NCBI RefSeq assembly: GCF_000737315.1
Contig: NZ_JMCB01000002.1
Span: 268,001 to 516,000 of the forward strand
DNA from: Hyalangium minutum
Lineage (GTDB): Bacteria; Myxococcota; Myxococcia; Myxococcales; Myxococcaceae
Direction of reading: 5' to 3'
DNA length: 248,000 bases
Part shown: positions 159,773 through 168,860 of the stretch, piece after piece
How the letters are laid out: the number at the start of each line of letters is the position of its first letter
Numbering within the stretch: position 1 is the stretch's first letter
Position numbers and translations under genes: made by a program
Notes under the pieces: generated by a model
Database searches by the model: none
Told to the model about the DNA's origin: nothing
The model's input: only the letters and a program-made list of their open reading frames with translations

Positions 159773-160333
159773 ATGGAACGCATCGAGCGAGAGGACGGTG
159801 AGCCGGTGGTGAAGGCGCTGGTGGACAACCACCGGCACTTCCTCGCGTTCCTGGAGCGCCGCGTCGGTAGCCGCGCGGTGGCGGAGGAGCTGCTGCAGAG
159901 CGCCTTCGTGCGGTCGCTGGAAAAGAGCGGCGCGCTACGAGACGAGGAGCGGGCGGTGGCGTGGTTCTACCGGCTGCTGCGTAACGCGCTGGTGGACCAC
160001 TACCGCAAGCAGGCCGCCGAGGGCCGTGCTCTGGAGCACGAGGCGCGCGAGGCCACCGAGGTGGGACCGGATCCGGAGCTGAAACAGGCCGTCTGCGCCT
160101 GCGTGGGCGAGCTGCTCCCCACCCTGAAGCCCGAGTACTCGGAGCTGCTGCGTCAGGTGGAGCTGGAGGAGCGCAGCGTGCCGGAGGCCGCGGCGGCGGT
160201 GGGCATCACCCCGAACAACGCCGGAGTGAGGCTCCACCGGGCGCGTCAGGCGCTCAAGCGGCAGCTAGAGAAGAGCTGCGGCACCTGCGCCACCCACGGC
160301 TGCCTCGACTGCTCCTGCCAACGGCGCTGCTAG
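159773..160333 (+). CDS. CorE-like metal-responsive ECF sigma factor
   Basis: ECF regions 2 and 4; C-terminal CGTCATHGCLDCSC. Confidence 0.85.
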   Translation: MERIEREDGEPVVKALVDNHRHFLAFLERRVGSRAVAEELLQSAFVRSLEKSGALRDEERAVAWFYRLLRNALVDHYRKQAAEGRALEHEAREATEVGPDPELKQAVCACVGELLPTLKPEYSELLRQVELEERSVPEAAAAVGITPNNAGVRLHRARQALKRQLEKSCGTCATHGCLDCSCQRRC

Positions 160334-160540
160334 GAGTTTGTTGAGGTAGACGAGGGCTCACTCACCGCGAGGACCGCCAGTCGAGACGACGCATGTGCAC
160401 TGAGCGACCAGGCACGTTCCCCTGCGTGGGTAGGGCGGTGCGACCTGGGGCCTTCCGTCTGTAAAGCATTGCGCGGTATCCTCCCAGGTTGGGCGAGCCG
160501 TAGGCGGTCTACGCCTCGGGCAATTGGAGGAGCCGAGACC

Positions 160541-161599
160541 ATGAGCCGGGTGCTGGAGCAGAAGGTCCTCGATTTGGCGAGCGGGCTGCTCGAATCTCAA
160601 GACCTCGCGCAGTTACAGGCGCGTACGGAGTCCCTCCTAGCGAAGCTCTTTCAAGCAGACCATGTGGCGTTCTGCCGGATGCATCCGGACCTGCCCACAT
160701 TGTTCGATTGGAAGGCGAGCACGACGGGACATTTCCTTCAGAGCTATTACCAGTGGTACCAGAACGACTTCGTCTTCCGTTGGCTCTCGCAACATCCCAA
160801 CATCGCGTCGAGCGACACGGAAATGCTTCGGGGTCGGAAGCTTGAGGAGACAGAGACGTATCGGCGCAGCCGCGAGTCGCATTTGGGCTTGAGGCATGTC
160901 CTCGCGGTTTTGCTGGCTCCCGAGGGCCAGCTGGGCAGTGGTGCCGTCGCGCTGTACACCGATCGAGACAAACCTTTCCCTGAGGAGAGTCGGCGTTTGC
161001 TGCAAAGGCTCACCCCCGCCCTATCGGGGGCGTTCGTGAACTTCGCTCGATTCGGTGCGCTGTCCTCTCACAACCAGCTCCTGGAAGAGCTGCTTGACCA
161101 GCATGGAACGCATACCATCGTGGTGGATGCCCAGCGGCGGGAGGTCTTCCGAATAGGAGCTGTCAGATCGTTGCTTGAAAACTGGTTCCCCTCGCGATCT
161201 GACCGGGACGAGGGGGGAATCCCTCGGGCCTGGAGAGATCGGATGGACGCGCTCATGACGGGGAGCGTCCCTCTCAATCTCCCAGCGGACTCATGGAGGG
161301 AGAAGCGGGGGCTGAGCACCTTGGAGGTGTGCTTCACCAGACTGCCGAGCATCAATGGCCGCAGCCTCTGGGAGTTACGGCTGAAGGAGGTCCATGTGGT
161401 ACCCGAAAAGTGGCGGCAAATACTGACGCCCAGACAGTTCGAGGCGGCTGCCCTCGTTGTTCAGGGCCTGGCAGACAAAGAGATCGCCGACAAGCTCGGT
161501 ATCACCGAGGACACGGCGAAGGACCACGTCCAGTCGGCCTACAAGAGATTGAAGGTATCGGGCCGGGCCGGACTCATCGCCCTGGCCTTGCGGTCCTGA
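160541..161599 (+). CDS. LuxR-family regulator with N-terminal GAF/autoinducer-binding-like domain
   Basis: C-terminal LTPRQ..G..DKEIA..LGI...T.K.H; YYQWYQNDFV segment. Confidence 0.8.
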   Translation: MSRVLEQKVLDLASGLLESQDLAQLQARTESLLAKLFQADHVAFCRMHPDLPTLFDWKASTTGHFLQSYYQWYQNDFVFRWLSQHPNIASSDTEMLRGRKLEETETYRRSRESHLGLRHVLAVLLAPEGQLGSGAVALYTDRDKPFPEESRRLLQRLTPALSGAFVNFARFGALSSHNQLLEELLDQHGTHTIVVDAQRREVFRIGAVRSLLENWFPSRSDRDEGGIPRAWRDRMDALMTGSVPLNLPADSWREKRGLSTLEVCFTRLPSINGRSLWELRLKEVHVVPEKWRQILTPRQFEAAALVVQGLADKEIADKLGITEDTAKDHVQSAYKRLKVSGRAGLIALALRS

Positions 161600-161707
161600 G
161601 ACACTTCGGCGCCGGAGCAAGCCCTTTCCAGAAGGACCCGCCCCGGCGCCCTCCGACGCGGTGTGTGCGGGGAGCGACGCCGGAAGCGGGACGGGACATC
161701 CGTCCCC

Positions 161708-162418
161708 TTAAGAGGGATGCGACGCGTTCTCGGGTGCCCCTTCCGTGAAGAGGCCCAGGTAGAGGACCCGGGTGGTGCGTGCGGACAGCAGCAGCGCGGC
161801 CTGCTCCTCCTCGTTCGTCAGGGGACTTAGCAGTGACGTCAGTTCCTCCACATGCCTCTCATCCGCGGTGCCGTGCGCCTTCAAGAAGGTGACGGCCTTG
161901 CGGATGTTGGGAATGGTGTTGGCCGCGAGCATCCGCTTCACCGACTGGCTGGCGCGGTGCACGGACAGGTACTCCAGCACGTAGGCCGTGCCCAGGAACG
162001 CCTCGGGCCGTCCGCAGCGCGAGGTGAAGCGGTTCCAGGCGACATAGGCAGTGACTGCGGGGGTGGGCACCTGCCGCTCGACGCGCTCGGCCGGCCAACC
162101 CAGGTTCTTCAGGTCCGCCAGCAGCCAGCGCTCATGCCCGCGCTCCTCGTTGGACTTCTGCAGGAGCAGGTCCCCCAATTGGGGGTGCAGGCCCAGGCGC
162201 TTCATGCGCCGGCCCGCCTCGGCCAACAGCGGAGTGGTCCACCGCGCGTAGTGATACGTCTGGATCAGGTAGTGGACGTAGCGGTCCTTGCCAATGCTGC
162301 CATCGAAGAGCCGCCGCGCCTCGGGGTGCGCGTCCAACTCCTCGAGCAGCGTGCGCGCTTCGTGCTCCAGGGCGGTGGGCCAATTCATCATGAAGGGGGA
162401 TTCGGTGTGCGAGTTCAT
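161708..162418 (-). CDS. Heme-oxygenase-like diiron enzyme (iron-containing redox enzyme)
   Basis: EERGHE, YVLE, H..AD.RH ligand set. Confidence 0.8.
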   Translation of the reverse strand: MNSHTESPFMMNWPTALEHEARTLLEELDAHPEARRLFDGSIGKDRYVHYLIQTYHYARWTTPLLAEAGRRMKRLGLHPQLGDLLLQKSNEERGHERWLLADLKNLGWPAERVERQVPTPAVTAYVAWNRFTSRCGRPEAFLGTAYVLEYLSVHRASQSVKRMLAANTIPNIRKAVTFLKAHGTADERHVEELTSLLSPLTNEEEQAALLLSARTTRVLYLGLFTEGAPENASHPS

Positions 162419-162509
162419 GGACGTCTCCTGTTCGGGCCCCGGGATGGGGGACCGTGGGTGTGGATGTGAAGTGGGTGGGAAAGGGTGATTCGGAAGCCAG
162501 CGGCGCGGT

Positions 162510-163313
162510 TCAGCTGCGCGAGGTGCGGGCGGTCAGCTTGTCGAAGAACTTCCGCGTGCTGGCGGGAACATCATGGAGCGCCGCGACGAGTGGCAGGGAG
162601 AAGCGGCGGAAGCACGCGTCGTAGAGAGGCTCGGCGATGAAACGCGCCCCCAGCTTGCCGGAGAAGAGCGACAACACCCGGGGGAGGCACAGTCCTTCGA
162701 ACTGTCCCTGTCGAGCGCGCTCCCTCTCCTCTGGGGTGTAGATGGGCGCGGCCGGTGCCTCCGGGGGCTTGGGGTAGGCGAGCGTCCGCGCACGCCACTG
162801 GGGGCTCAGCAGGCCCTGGTGGGCCGCCACTTGGAAGAGGATGCGCGCGTCCTCGGCCGAGTCCGTCTCCGTGTTCGCGGAGGCGATCCAGTGCGTCACT
162901 CCCCGGCGGCGGCTCTCCTGATGGAGCCCGGCGTACAGCCACATGAGGACCGCGGAGTGGCGCCAGTCCTTGAGGATGCAGAAGCGGGTGGTCTCGGCGA
163001 ACACCCTGCCCGGACCCTCCAGGTCCGACAGGTCCACCTTGCTCTCCAGATCAATGCCCAGCCGGCCTCCGGTGGCGCGGGCCACCTCGGGGTTGGGCAG
163101 CAACAGGCGGGTGGTGGCCACGGGCACGCCATCCGCGTAGACGATGACGTGGGCGGTGGTCGCCAGCGTGTCGAAGCCATTGTTCTCCCGGGGCACCGCA
163201 TAGGCCGGGCGCTTGAGCAGTTCCAATTCCGTACCGAAGACCTCCCAGCGCACGCGCAGCGCATCATCGAGCTGCTGCTGGGTGGTGGCGATGTGGCAAG
163301 TCAGTGTTGTCAT
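162510..163313 (-). CDS. Acyl-ACP-type GNAT N-acyltransferase (LuxI/FeeM/OlsB superfamily)
   Basis: R.EVF, E...FD, TRLL, E.TRF. Confidence 0.75.
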   Translation of the reverse strand: MTTLTCHIATTQQQLDDALRVRWEVFGTELELLKRPAYAVPRENNGFDTLATTAHVIVYADGVPVATTRLLLPNPEVARATGGRLGIDLESKVDLSDLEGPGRVFAETTRFCILKDWRHSAVLMWLYAGLHQESRRRGVTHWIASANTETDSAEDARILFQVAAHQGLLSPQWRARTLAYPKPPEAPAAPIYTPEERERARQGQFEGLCLPRVLSLFSGKLGARFIAEPLYDACFRRFSLPLVAALHDVPASTRKFFDKLTARTSRS

Positions 163314-163586
163314 GAACGCCTCCTGACGGCCCGGCGTCGTGCCGTGCCTTCAGGAAAATGTTCGTGGCCAGAGGCTCGAGTTCGCCGAGGCCTTCAGTTT
163401 TTCGGGCGGATAGGACGGGACGGGTAGTGTTTGTCAACCCCCCTAACAGGGTAGAGGCGTCGATCTCCCGAATGCTCCACCCTTGAACATCACCCGTGAG
163501 GTTCTGTCGAACTCCACCGCGCTGCACCGAAGAACCGGGTGAGATGCATTGACTGCATGGGCGACCAGTCCTGGCGAGGAGAGGGG

Positions 163587-164195
163587 ATGCGCAATCCATC
163601 AGCGGAAGAGGAAATGGTCTTGCACCAACGGCTCCTGGAGCGCGATCCGTTGGCCTACTTCGACGTCTTCCCCATGTACATGGAGCGGCTCGCGAAGAAG
163701 CTGGAGGGGCTTGGCTACGACGTCGATATTGCCCGCGATGCCGCCCTCGAGGCGGTCTTGGCCTACCGCAAGGCGCCGGAGCGCTACGATCCCAAGAAGG
163801 TGCACCCGTTCACATACCTTATGGTGTTGGCCAAAAATAAGGCGGTGGACCGGTGGCGCTCCGTCCAGGCACAGGCCCAACGAAATAAAAAGCAGGGCGA
163901 TGTCGAACTCTTGCTGAGGACTCCGAACGATCCCGTGGAGAGGATGGAGACCTACGTGAGGGTACGTCAGCTCGTGGATTTGCTAGAAAAAGGGGGAATT
164001 CTGAACGAGCGGGATCAGGCCATCCTCCGGCTTTTCCTGATGGGGGAAAGCTCAACCGAGGAGAAGGCGAAGGTGTTGCGGTTGCCCCCAATGTCCAAAG
164101 AGGACAGGAAATTGGAGGTGAAGCGGCACCAGGACCGCATCATGAAGTTGCTGGAGCGTTGGTTTCGGAAGGAGGATCCAGATGACGACCCCTGA
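163587..164195 (+). CDS. ECF-like sigma factor
   Basis: Region-2-like F.YL...AKNKAVD.WR; region-4-like helices. Confidence 0.7.
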   Translation: MRNPSAEEEMVLHQRLLERDPLAYFDVFPMYMERLAKKLEGLGYDVDIARDAALEAVLAYRKAPERYDPKKVHPFTYLMVLAKNKAVDRWRSVQAQAQRNKKQGDVELLLRTPNDPVERMETYVRVRQLVDLLEKGGILNERDQAILRLFLMGESSTEEKAKVLRLPPMSKEDRKLEVKRHQDRIMKLLERWFRKEDPDDDP

Positions 164196-164559
164196 CTGGC
164201 TCAAGGCCGCGGCTGAACGCAGCGCGGAGGACCCCGCGTCGCTGGCCTATGTCTTCGCGCAATACCGGAAGCATGAAGGCAAGTCCGCCGAGGAGCTTGC
164301 CGCGATGCTGGGCTGCAGCATGAAGGTGCTCGATGAGCTCTCCTTGTGCCGGCGTCCCGAGCCGGATCGCTTCGCCGAACACCTGCGGATGTTTGAGAAG
164401 CGTTTCGCAGTGGATCCTCGCCGGCTCGCGGCGGTGCTCAGGCGGGTCGAGGTGTTGGATCTTCTTCCTGCGGACAAGGAGGGAGGGACTACCGCGCGTG
164501 ATGCCTCCTACCTGCTGGCGGCGCGAGACCACTCCAGCGATGACGAGACGAACTCATGA
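164182..164559 (+). CDS. XRE-like HTH protein
   Basis: EELAAMLGCS...L..L.LCRRP; overlaps both neighbours. Confidence 0.6.
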   Translation: MTTPDWLKAAAERSAEDPASLAYVFAQYRKHEGKSAEELAAMLGCSMKVLDELSLCRRPEPDRFAEHLRMFEKRFAVDPRRLAAVLRRVEVLDLLPADKEGGTTARDASYLLAARDHSSDDETNS

Positions 164560-165290
164560 GTGGAGGCTGGCTGGAAGAAGCCGTGAAGGACTGCGGCCTG
164601 CCTGCCTCCACCGTGTTTCCCAGGGACCTGGCCGAGGACATTCCCCTGGTGTTGCCGCTCACCGTGGTGCCCCTGCCGGGCCTCACTCCCCGGAAGGGGC
164701 TGGAGTGGCTGGTGTCTCACAAGCGCGCGCACGGAGGGCTCGCGGGGACGAATGACCTCAAGCATGGGTTCACGGTGGCCCATGCGGGTGTGGGAGTGCT
164801 CTTCCTGAACAGCACGGACCTGCCGAACGAGCAGCGCTTCACGCTGGCGCATGAAGTGGCCCATTTCGTCCTCGACCACCTCCAACCCCTGCGCCGGGCT
164901 CTGCATGCGACGGACGGGAGAATCCGCCCGGTGCTGAACGGTGAACGGGAGCCCACGGTCTCTGAACAACTGTTCTCCGTGTTGGAGCGCATTCCCTACC
165001 GCACCCAGGCCAACTTCATGGACCGCAACGACAAGGGAAAGCCCCGCACGGGCCAGGTGATGGAGCTGGAGCAGCGCGCGGATCGCCTGGCCTTCGAGTT
165101 GTTGGCGCCTCGGCAGGAGCTTCTGCCACTGCTCAACCGCGCGGGGCGGGAGGAACTGGAGGCCCACCTCGTCTCCCGCTTCGGGCTGCCAGTGAAGGAA
165201 GCGCGAACCTACGCGTGGTGGCTGCTGAGGGAGCGGCCTTCCCGGCGTCCCTTCCTGACGTGCGTAACGAATGATGAGGAGCGTGACTGA
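164556..165290 (+). CDS. ImmA/IrrE family metallopeptidase
   Basis: RFTLAHEVAH (HExxH); E.RAD..A.ELLAP. Confidence 0.88.
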   Translation: MSGGWLEEAVKDCGLPASTVFPRDLAEDIPLVLPLTVVPLPGLTPRKGLEWLVSHKRAHGGLAGTNDLKHGFTVAHAGVGVLFLNSTDLPNEQRFTLAHEVAHFVLDHLQPLRRALHATDGRIRPVLNGEREPTVSEQLFSVLERIPYRTQANFMDRNDKGKPRTGQVMELEQRADRLAFELLAPRQELLPLLNRAGREELEAHLVSRFGLPVKEARTYAWWLLRERPSRRPFLTCVTNDEERD

Positions 165291-166471
165291 TGGTGGCTCG
165301 TAGTGGCGCAGGGGGACCGGACCGCTTCATTGGAGATGATGACTACCGGTCGAGCTTCAAGGAGGACTTGGGGTCCACGCTGGATCTCAACAACTGGTCG
165401 ACGGGACTGGACGTCGAGAAGCTGGTTGCCGACATCCGGTCCCAGATCTCCCATTCGGCGACAGCCGAGGAGAGCATCCAGAAGACTGTCCGCACCGAGG
165501 TTCTTCGCAAGCTCAAGGAGTACTCCAAGCTCGACGTGGCGGGTGTCTATCCGGCCAGTGAGGAGCGGCTGCGGACAGTGTTCGAGGCGTTGTTGTTCCC
165601 GGGACGGGTCGAGGCCGTGACCAGCGTTGTCGCCTCTCATGACAGCTTGCCCCTGGGAATCACCCAGCTGGGTGTCGCCGTCGTTGGCTATAACGGCACG
165701 TCTGGAACGTTCTCCCAGCGGCTCTTCCGCAAGGAACTGTCCACGGAGGACGAGAATCCAGTCCAAGCCGCCATGGAGTGCATTCGCGAGCGGCACGAGC
165801 GCTCCGGGATGGGGCGCCGCGACATGCTGTCCAAGCTCGCGCGCCGGGGACTTCGGGACTACGCCGAGCGGGCCATCCTCCTGGACAAGGCCCAGGCGGA
165901 GTGGCGCATCGGCCAGGGCAATCCCTGCTCCCAGGAATTGCTCTCCGGTTCAGGCTATCCCCGCCTGCTGATGGCCTCGCTCGAGATGCTGAGCAGGCTC
166001 ATTGGAGGGCACAAGAAGTTCGTGTTCGTCCCTCATGCCCTGGAAGAGCGAGGTTACCTGACGCTCGGACACGCTCTTCGGGCCGGTGAATACGCCATCA
166101 TCCAGACGCTCGAGTCCGACAGTGCCTACTTCGTCGAGCGGTGGAGCTATCCCGATGAGCAGCTCAGGGACAAGGCGCTCGAGTTCGTGAGGAAGTATTG
166201 CAGGGACATCCTCATTGGTCTCTTCCGGTCCTCCGAACACGCGCCCCCTTCTCTCTTCTTCGCGCACCGGGAGCACGTGCACGTCGCGGCACACATCGTG
166301 ATGGCGGACAGTCTCATCCACCCCAAACGAGGTTTTCCCATGCTGCTCGAAGTCGCGGATTCCTCCTGCAGGGGCGTGTTTGGCACGGACTCCTTCCAAG
166401 GGCTTGTCCAGGACGCCTACACGCGCGCGGGTGGCAAGTACGAGTACTTCAACGAGCGGCACTGGCGGTAG
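165290..166471 (+). CDS. NurA-like (RNase H-fold) protein
   Basis: Position before HerA; HDSLPLGITQLGV, R..LRDYAERA, HPKRGFPMLL..AD. Confidence 0.55.
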   Translation: MVARSGAGGPDRFIGDDDYRSSFKEDLGSTLDLNNWSTGLDVEKLVADIRSQISHSATAEESIQKTVRTEVLRKLKEYSKLDVAGVYPASEERLRTVFEALLFPGRVEAVTSVVASHDSLPLGITQLGVAVVGYNGTSGTFSQRLFRKELSTEDENPVQAAMECIRERHERSGMGRRDMLSKLARRGLRDYAERAILLDKAQAEWRIGQGNPCSQELLSGSGYPRLLMASLEMLSRLIGGHKKFVFVPHALEERGYLTLGHALRAGEYAIIQTLESDSAYFVERWSYPDEQLRDKALEFVRKYCRDILIGLFRSSEHAPPSLFFAHREHVHVAAHIVMADSLIHPKRGFPMLLEVADSSCRGVFGTDSFQGLVQDAYTRAGGKYEYFNERHWR

Positions 166472-166477
166472 CGGGAG

Positions 166478-168748
166478 ATGGAAGACATGGCGGATGAGAA
166501 TTTGCCGAAGTTATCGGGGGTATCCCAGGGCAACAGTCCCTCGCGAGCGGTGGGGGGAGATCCCCGAGAGGTTCCTCGCTCCGCTGGAGGGGGCCTGCCT
166601 GAAAGGCCTGTGCGTCTGGGAGCCGCGGTAGGAGCCATGGGGCAAGGTCGGCCGCCTGAGGCGACGACCCTTCCGGCCGCTGGCACACGCCAGGCACCTC
166701 GGCCCCCTGTTCGGGAGACTGCCACTCCGGGCAAGCCCGTACCTTCTCCGGCCGCGAGCGCACCTCGGAGCGAGTCCCCACGTCCCGCACAACCGGCAGG
166801 AGTCCGGGCCCAGCAGCCTCCGCGGCCCGACGGCAGCCCCAAAGAGGTTCTCCAGAGGCTTCCTGAGGCGGAAGCCCATGCGTTCACCGAGCTGCGCTCC
166901 CAGGCGAATGCGGCAGCGGCGGAACTGAACCCCGAGCTCGAGAACGCAGTGGGGTTCACTCATTTCGACACCGCGTCGAGCCAGGACAACCTCATCACCG
167001 TGCTGATGACGCGGGCTGATCTGCACAAGTTGCCCTCGCAGACACTCGTGCGGGTGAAGTCCCTGGAAGACAAGCGCTCCTACCTGGGCGTGGTCGTCCG
167101 CGGCCCCTTCTCCGAGCCGGATGCCGTGGCCGCCAACTCCAACATCGCCGTGGGCGTGGTCGTCCAGGGCAAGAAGCTCTCCTTTACCTTTGATTACCAC
167201 GGCCGGGCCGAGATCGAGATCCTTGGCGAGGAGAACGACGGCAAGGTGCTTCCCCCCGGCCACCGCCCGCGCCCCAAGAGCCCCGTCTTCCTGCTGGATG
167301 ACGAAGAGAGCGAGCACGTCCTGGGGATGAAGGGAGAACTGTGTCTTGGAATGGTCGTGGGCTACAAGCAGATGGAGGCGCGCATCGACGCCCTGGACAA
167401 GTCCATCCTGCCCCGCCATACGGGCATCATCGGGACCACCGGCGGTGGCAAGTCCACCACCGTCGCGACGCTCATCCACCGGGCCCAGTCCGCTGGAGTC
167501 GCCACCATCGTCTTCGATGTGGAAGGTGAATACACCCATGTGGACCAGGCCACCGACGAGCCGACGATGCTCGCGGCACTCCAGCGCAGGAAGCAGCGGC
167601 CCGAGGGGGTGAAGGATCTGCACATCCATCACCTGATAGGCCGTGACACCCGCAACCGCCGTCATAAGCACCGGCATCCCTTCGCGTTGAGCTTCTCGAG
167701 CCTCTCACCCCATGCCATCGCGGAGATTCTCGAGATGACGGACGCGCAGCAGGAGCGCTTCCACAAGGCCTACGAGGTCACCAAGCTGCTGTTGGAGGAT
167801 CTGAAGATCTTCCCGAAGACTCCCGAAGAGCAGCAGCAGTTGATGGAACTCGATGAGCTCTCCACGGGCTATCCGCGCATGACTCTCGAGCACCTCTTGG
167901 ATGTCGTGAGCACGTACATCTACGTCCTGAGCAGTGAGGGAAGGGCTGAGAGCAAGACCAAGACCAAAGGATCCTCCCGGCAGGCCCCGGTGCCCGGCGA
168001 GAACATCGAGGAGGGGGCCGTTGAGTCGGCACCCTCCCAAGGGCCTCGGCTCTTCAGCGAGTTCAAGGAGCACCTGCACCTGGTCTTCCGCCGCGTGCAT
168101 GAGCAGAGCAGCCGGAGCGAGGTGAGCTGGAAGGCCTTGTTTGGCAGGCTCCTGCGCCTGCGGCGCCTCAAAATCTTCGACGTGGGGCATGCACGAGGCG
168201 TGGATTACGACTCCATGCTGACCCCGGGGCGGGTGTCGGTGATCGATCTGTCGGACACAGACTCGCCCCAGCTCAACAATCTCGTCATCGCCGACATCCT
168301 CCGGGGGCTCCAGGAGCGGCAGGAGGAGCGCTACCAGCGGGCCCAGGAACAGAACCACCCCGTCGACCCGGCCCTCATCATCATCGAAGAGGCCCACGAG
168401 TTCCTCTCGGCCAGCCGCATCGCGCAGATGCCGGTGCTCTTCGAGCAGGTCGCTCGCATCGCCAAGCGCGGACGCAAGCGCTGGTTGGGGCTCGTCTTCG
168501 TCACCCAGTTGCCCCAGCACCTGCCCAACGAGGTGCTCGGCCTGCTCAACAACTTCATCATCCACAAGATGACCGACAGCACCGTCATCTCCCGGATGCA
168601 GAAGTCCGTGGGTGGGATCGACGAGAGCCTCTGGGGCCGCGTCCCCCGGCTGGCTCCCGGGCAGGCCATCGCCTCGTTCAGTTCCTTCAAGCGGCCTCTG
168701 ATGATCACCGTGGATCCCGCTCCCGTGAAGCGGTTGCTCGTGGATTGA
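166478..168748 (+). CDS. HerA/FtsK-family ATPase with HAS-barrel-like domain
   Basis: GTTGGGKS, IIIEEAHEF, RIAKRGRK...FVTQ. Confidence 0.9.
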   Translation: MEDMADENLPKLSGVSQGNSPSRAVGGDPREVPRSAGGGLPERPVRLGAAVGAMGQGRPPEATTLPAAGTRQAPRPPVRETATPGKPVPSPAASAPRSESPRPAQPAGVRAQQPPRPDGSPKEVLQRLPEAEAHAFTELRSQANAAAAELNPELENAVGFTHFDTASSQDNLITVLMTRADLHKLPSQTLVRVKSLEDKRSYLGVVVRGPFSEPDAVAANSNIAVGVVVQGKKLSFTFDYHGRAEIEILGEENDGKVLPPGHRPRPKSPVFLLDDEESEHVLGMKGELCLGMVVGYKQMEARIDALDKSILPRHTGIIGTTGGGKSTTVATLIHRAQSAGVATIVFDVEGEYTHVDQATDEPTMLAALQRRKQRPEGVKDLHIHHLIGRDTRNRRHKHRHPFALSFSSLSPHAIAEILEMTDAQQERFHKAYEVTKLLLEDLKIFPKTPEEQQQLMELDELSTGYPRMTLEHLLDVVSTYIYVLSSEGRAESKTKTKGSSRQAPVPGENIEEGAVESAPSQGPRLFSEFKEHLHLVFRRVHEQSSRSEVSWKALFGRLLRLRRLKIFDVGHARGVDYDSMLTPGRVSVIDLSDTDSPQLNNLVIADILRGLQERQEERYQRAQEQNHPVDPALIIIEEAHEFLSASRIAQMPVLFEQVARIAKRGRKRWLGLVFVTQLPQHLPNEVLGLLNNFIIHKMTDSTVISRMQKSVGGIDESLWGRVPRLAPGQAIASFSSFKRPLMITVDPAPVKRLLVD

Positions 168749-168796
168749 GACCGCGAGACCGCTTGGACACATTCGCGCGGGTGCCCTGAGGAGATC

Positions 168797-168815
168797 CCCC
168801 GAAAGGGGGGTATGC
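168797..168815. promoter_or_regulatory. Palindromic motif copy 1 (CCCCGAAnGGGGGnTATGC)
   Basis: ccccgaaaggggggtatgc, about 45 bp upstream of the kinase-PurZ-like gene. Confidence 0.5.
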
Positions 168816-168860
168816 CCTCGATGACGCCTTTCCTAGCTTGTTTGTCACTAGGAGGCTCGA

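Noticed and set aside
162510-163313. Canonical AHL synthase (luxI)
   Set aside because: The conserved Trp and one Asp of LuxI are missing and the HDO partner points to another product; only the superfamily is called.
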